DNA of 64,000 nt, taken from contig CM119264.1 in the NCBI GenBank assembly GCA_051294375.1, positions 12,978,813-13,042,812 of the forward strand. The letters run 5' to 3'. The stretch is from Paraspadella gotoi. Taxonomy: Eukaryota; Animalia; Chaetognatha. Of the stretch, positions 59,335 to 64,000 are shown piece by piece. Position numbers and translations under genes: made by a program. The stretch's first letter is position 1. Every line of letters starts with the position of its first letter. The notes beneath the pieces were generated by a model. It was given only the letters and a program-made list of their open reading frames with translations, did no database searches and was not told the origin of the DNA.

Positions 59335-61518
59335 ATGGCTTCTTATGTCGCAACGCTGGTTCTTCTACTGACGGTAAATGAATTAACTTAATTATCGTTA
59401 ATCTATCTCTTATTCATTACTGAAATATTATTAAATTTCCGTAACCGTGTCATACTGTCAGGGTCCGGAACTTTTATTTGAAAATTCCATTAATTCGTCT
59501 TAACATTTTTCTTCGGCGTCTCCTTTACTCGTCTCTTTCACAAATTAGTCGGCATTGAAACTCTTTCTCGTAAATCATCAGCGAGTACTTACTGTCTGCA
59601 CTCCTTTGACAACTTTCTCTTTCTTTTAACAAGTTAACAACTCTACGCTTTGGCAGGTTCCGTTCGTAATGTCACAGAAATTTCCGCTTCGAGACTCAAA
59701 ATTCGAAGAAGGAAAAAACCGAGTTTATGACGGCGAAGAAAGAGACAGCGGGGACGTACAGAGGAACGAAGACCGACAAAGCAACGACACAGATGTAGTA
59801 AATTTGTCGGTAAGACTTTGGGGGGAAAACAGGGACGGAAGACTGGTTTCACTGTTTGCTCGAGACATGTTGAAAACTTTTCGCATTTACAGTAATTTTC
59901 GTACGCTCCCGAAAGTAAGATAATACGCCTCATCAAAAAAAAAAATTAAAAAAGGCAACCAAGGTTAAATTTGTCAGCTAAATATGGGTAAAACTGATCC
60001 TTTGCCCCCATTAACCCCAATATAGGCAAAAAAAGTTGTCTTCTCAGTCGGAGGCCTTTTTTGCCCTCTAAACATATTCTATTCCTGTTCCTAACCTCTG
60101 ACACTGATCCTTCTGTCAGCCTTCCCGCTCTTCGCTCACCCCTTTCCGCTCTTTTTGCAATCGAATAGTCTTTTCCGGAAAGACTCCGCCCTTCGTTCTT
60201 CCTTCACTGCCCTCTTGAACCGTGAAATTAAAACAGAAACAAAGGAAGGAAAATAGTGAAGGGATAAATTTGAAAAAGGAGGGAATTTAAAAAAGATTAT
60301 AGATGAAAATAAGCAAAGACTGAAAAAGAAAAAGACAAAAGCTAAGAAATGAAGATTAACAGATATATATAGAAATAAATAAATAAATAAAAAATAAAAC
60401 ATATAAAATAAATAAATAAAATAAAATAAGAAAAAAAGAAAAAAGAAAAAAAATCATTCTCTTTCACAGAACGAAATCAACGGAATGATGACCGTATATG
60501 CGCGGGTCAACTTCAATGACCTGCCTCCGGAAAGCTTGGAGCCGATGCCGACGCTTCAACGCTTATTTCCGGAACTTGCGACGCTGCTGCCGATAAAGGG
60601 AACTCAAGGAGGTTAAAGATCTTGTTGCAATGAAACATGGCCGTTAATTCTCCTTCAGCGACCAGATTCCCTTCATTTGTCATGCAGTTTTTAGTTGCGC
60701 CGCGGTCGGTATGTCTGTCCGTCGGACGGTCCCACTTACGTTGCTCATTTGTTAAGATAAAAAAAAAACTCAAATCATCAGGAAATAAGAAGACAAAAGA
60801 CAAAATTCCGATGCAGTGCTTGTCATAAATACACGGGCTAAGAAAGTTATGGTAGTCATGTAATCATGTCATGTCACGTCGTCATGTAATGTCAGTTCAT
60901 GTTACAAAAACCACACGTGATAAGGCAGTCACTGCGGCGCAACACATTTGAATTACCGTTCTTGTTTTTTTCACTATCAACTTGCTCATCGGTTTTTTTT
61001 ATTTTTTGGACAGTTTTTTTCCTCAAAAATAATCAGATTCTCTGTGATTTTCCATTTTTTTCTCTCCTTTTTTTTCCCCTTTTTAATTGTCTTTTGGGCC
61101 AAAATAGGATCCCGGACGAAGAGGGCGACGCCCGCTCCTGGAGGTGAATGAATAATTAAATTTTCGAAAAAATAAACGAAGGAAATAAAGAATAAAAGAA
61201 CGAAATATAACCTAAAATCAAATAAATGAATTTTTTTCTATCATTTCAATATTTAAAAAATCATCTTTCCTCTTTAGGTCCCACTCAAAATTTCATGGCA
61301 CAGGCGATTTGTTCTCAACCTTCCCTCATGAATTCTATGCCCATGGCTTCCGGTCCGCTGTTAGGGAGAAAGCGGAGAGGAGCGGTAAGGAAATCTTTTA
61401 GAAACGATGAAACAGTACCTTACCTTGGTTCTCGTGTTTTTCACATCTTTTCTTTATTGCTAACGGTCTTTGGGGCCATATAAAAATATGCTGAAGACTC
61501 TTACCTAAAATTTCTCTT

Positions 61519-61587
<69 letters not shown>

Positions 61588-62355
61588 AATCCGTTCGGTA
61601 CCCCCTTCCCTGCCCCTCTCTCGGGCACGCAGCCTGCCCGGCAGGCATACAACCCCTTTTCTCCAACGCTTCTCGCCAACGCTATGAGTCGGGGCGCGAG
61701 ACGTCCGGTGACCCCTTCTACTATGGGTCAACTTAATACGGCCAACTATTGGGGCCAGATGGTCCCCTTCTTGTGGCAGTTGCAGATGATGCAGAATCCA
61801 GCTGGATTCGGGGGAGCCAACGCGGCAGTGGCGCCGGGAGCGCCGGCCAACGTCGGCAATGGCCCTCAAACCGCTCCGGGTGAGTCATCGATATTTGCGG
61901 TAGAATTGGATTCTTAAAACAATTTTTGTTCATTTATCGATTAAAATGGCGTTTATATAGTTATTTGAATATTATATTATATATTATATAATTTTATATA
62001 GCCAGAAGTCAGAAGCCAAATTTTTGAATCGTGAGATGATGTTTCGTTCTTTTCGCGAACTACGTATATGCCTACTTAAATACATATTAACATACATGGA
62101 CGAAACGTTTGTGCTGAAAATTATCTCATTTTCGCGCTTTGACCCACTTTTTATCCCTTTTTTTATTCGGCCGCAGGTGGAACCGGAAATGCTGGAAATC
62201 CGATGCTGGATTTAATGCTTCAAATGTCCTGCATGCGAATGCTTTCGCCCACTGTTCATCCTCCCGAACCTGGCGCCGCTCCTGCTGCCGGTGGAGGCAT
62301 GATGGGCATGATGAGCATGATGGGCATGCCGGGCATGGGGATGTTCGGAAGGTGA
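59335..62355 (+). CDS. Secreted Met/Gly/Pro/Ala-rich proprotein, about 300 aa; exons 59335-59373, 59657-59809, 60470-60611, 61108-61143, 61278-61384, 61633-61879, 62177-62355
   Basis: Seven exons join in frame: signal peptide MASYVATLVLLLTVPFVMS, furin-type sites RTKR and RKRR, and C-terminus GGMMGMMSMMGMPGMGMFGR*. Confidence 0.78.
60688..60966 (+). mobile_element. Helentron-associated (HINE/DINE-like) element
   Basis: Subterminal inverted repeats GTTGCGCCGCGG / CTGCGGCGCAAC, an internal GTCC microsatellite and an end CTTG in a T-run; homologous to 54560-54897. Confidence 0.65.
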
Positions 62356-63031
62356 TCTGCGTCGAAAACCCGATCGAGACTGTCCGACAACTCGAACCGG
62401 CTTGCTTGTTCGGATCCCAGCAAAATGCGACGATATTAATTTTTTCTTAATTCGAAATATATTTTTTTAAAAATGTTTGGAACTATGATCATTATCGAGT
62501 ACTGAATGTTAAATGTTTGTCAAAACAATCGTTAAAAACAATTTAAAGTTGTGAAATTCATAATTTATTATTTTCATATAGATTTTCTCAAAAAAATTGT
62601 TCGCCCGGTAAAGCGCCTGAAAACATATTGTTTATAAATGTAAAAATTATTCAGTTTTAAAATTATTCCTTTTTTTATTAATTTTTTTTATTCTGTTTTA
62701 TTAAAAAAATTACTGGAGACAGGGCGACGGAAATCGAAAGAATTCGCGAAAAATCATTATCGCCAAATGTGACTGAGTTTGAAAAATGAAGGAGACGAAG
62801 GGAAGCAATAAGATGACCTGCAACGTCAGGAAGGCCATCAATTTTATTCTCATTCTCATTTATTCTTCACTTCGGTTACAAGATTTGAACCCCAGACTTT
62901 TACTCATGTTTATCTATCGCGATTTAAAACGGTAAAATAACAAATAAAAATACACGAGGAGAGACGAACGTCAAGTTAGGTCTTTTAAAAATCTTTATTT
63001 CATAAAAGGAAAATTTCAAATAAGTTTGTTA

Positions 63032-63956
63032 CTAATTTCTCTCCTCGAGACGAAAGTTCTTCGCCAATGACGTGGCATTCAATGTCTGTAACGAAGGAGC
63101 CGTCGCCTCCAACCTGTTGGCGCCGTAAAGCGACGCCGGGCCGCTCGACCTTTTCGCGCCATGGTTGTAAGGGGGCGGCACTAAATTCCACATCTCGTAG
63201 TCAGGATTTTGTGGCGCCGTAGGAGTCAACGACGCCAGGGATGATGGAGTTTCGGGGCGCGACGCCGAAGTCATCCATATATGATTAGGGATGACTAAGG
63301 CGGAGTTGACTGGCGGCGTCAATAATTCCGCTGGTGGCGGCGGAATCGGTGAAGGGGAATGACAGTTAGGCGAATCGTCGTTGGGGAGAGACGCCCAATT
63401 AGGCGTTGGAGTTGAAGTCGAGATGGCGTCCGTGTCGAGTCGATCGGCGACGGAGATAAGATCGGAAGAACTTCTCCGCCAGGCGGCGTTTGCGTCGACC
63501 AGCAATTCCACAGATCGCGTTTGGACGATTCGGTCGTCGAAGAAGTCGTCGTAATCGTAATCGTAGTTGTCGTCGGCGACGGCCTCTCCTCCGACCTCTT
63601 CCTCAGTCTCGCCCCTTCGTCCGGAACGAGGATTGTCCGTTCGGCGGCAGCACCACCAACAGCAGGCAGCGCAGACGCAGACGAACAGGAAAAACACGAC
63701 CGCAACTGAAGGACGTTTTGCATTTACATTAGGTACTGACATCGTGACCAACGCAAATTTTGCAACTAGAAACTCCCGAGTCGATCTTCTTTAGCCTTTA
63801 GGGTAAGTGAAGAACTCACCTATAATTGTAAGGATGACAAGTAGCCGTCGAAATTCAACGCATAAATCATCTTCCGCCTCACGTTTCCACGAATCGTGGG
63901 GAAAGACGTCTTCTCCAAACTTGCAATCGAATTCCCCGTTTTGCAATTTTGATAAA
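63032..63956 (-). CDS. Single-pass membrane protein, 3' exons (63956-63820, 63705-63032): LDLa-like remnant, TM, Cys-rich juxtamembrane segment and PPxY tail
   Basis: NGEFDCKFGED...DDLC, TM LLVILTII|VAVVFFLFVCVCAACCWWCC, and a cytoplasmic Pro/Ser-rich tail with NPDY and PPPY. The 5' end lies beyond the window. Confidence 0.7.
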
Positions 63957-64000
63957 CTGTCGGTGGAATAAAAAACAAGCGAATTTTACGATCGCCCGAC

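Overview
Eukaryotic genomic DNA from an intron-rich bilaterian invertebrate: AT-rich introns, GC-richer exons, many (AG/CT)n microsatellites and one 25-N gap. The ORF track is mostly uninformative, so genes were rebuilt by hand from splice junctions. In order: (1) the 3' part of an LRP2/megalin-like gene (+), partly duplicated left of the gap, with an antisense SLC22-like transporter gene; (2) a two-exon SelW2/MIEN1-like selenoprotein (-) with an in-frame UGA in a CxxU motif, a 3'UTR SECIS and a C-terminal CaaX; (3) a PxF[L/I/M]amide neuropeptide precursor (+); (4) a candidate miR-29-seed microRNA hairpin (-); (5) a muscle-type myosin II heavy chain (-) with an intact motor but a very short rod; (6) an arrestin (+) with no C-tail and an altered polar core; (7) a second prohormone-like gene (+) absent from the ORF track; (8) a PAQR/AdipoR-like gene (+); (9) a 4CL/luciferase-like acyl-CoA synthetase (-) carrying a 2-kb foldback element; (10) a CCDC34-like gene (+); (11) a Met/Gly/Pro-rich secreted proprotein (+); (12) the 3' end of a PPxY single-pass membrane protein (-). 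Mobile elements include TG...CA solo-LTR-like repeats with 4-bp TSDs, a tRNA-headed SINE, MITEs and Helentron-type elements. Family calls come from motif recognition only; no database search was run.
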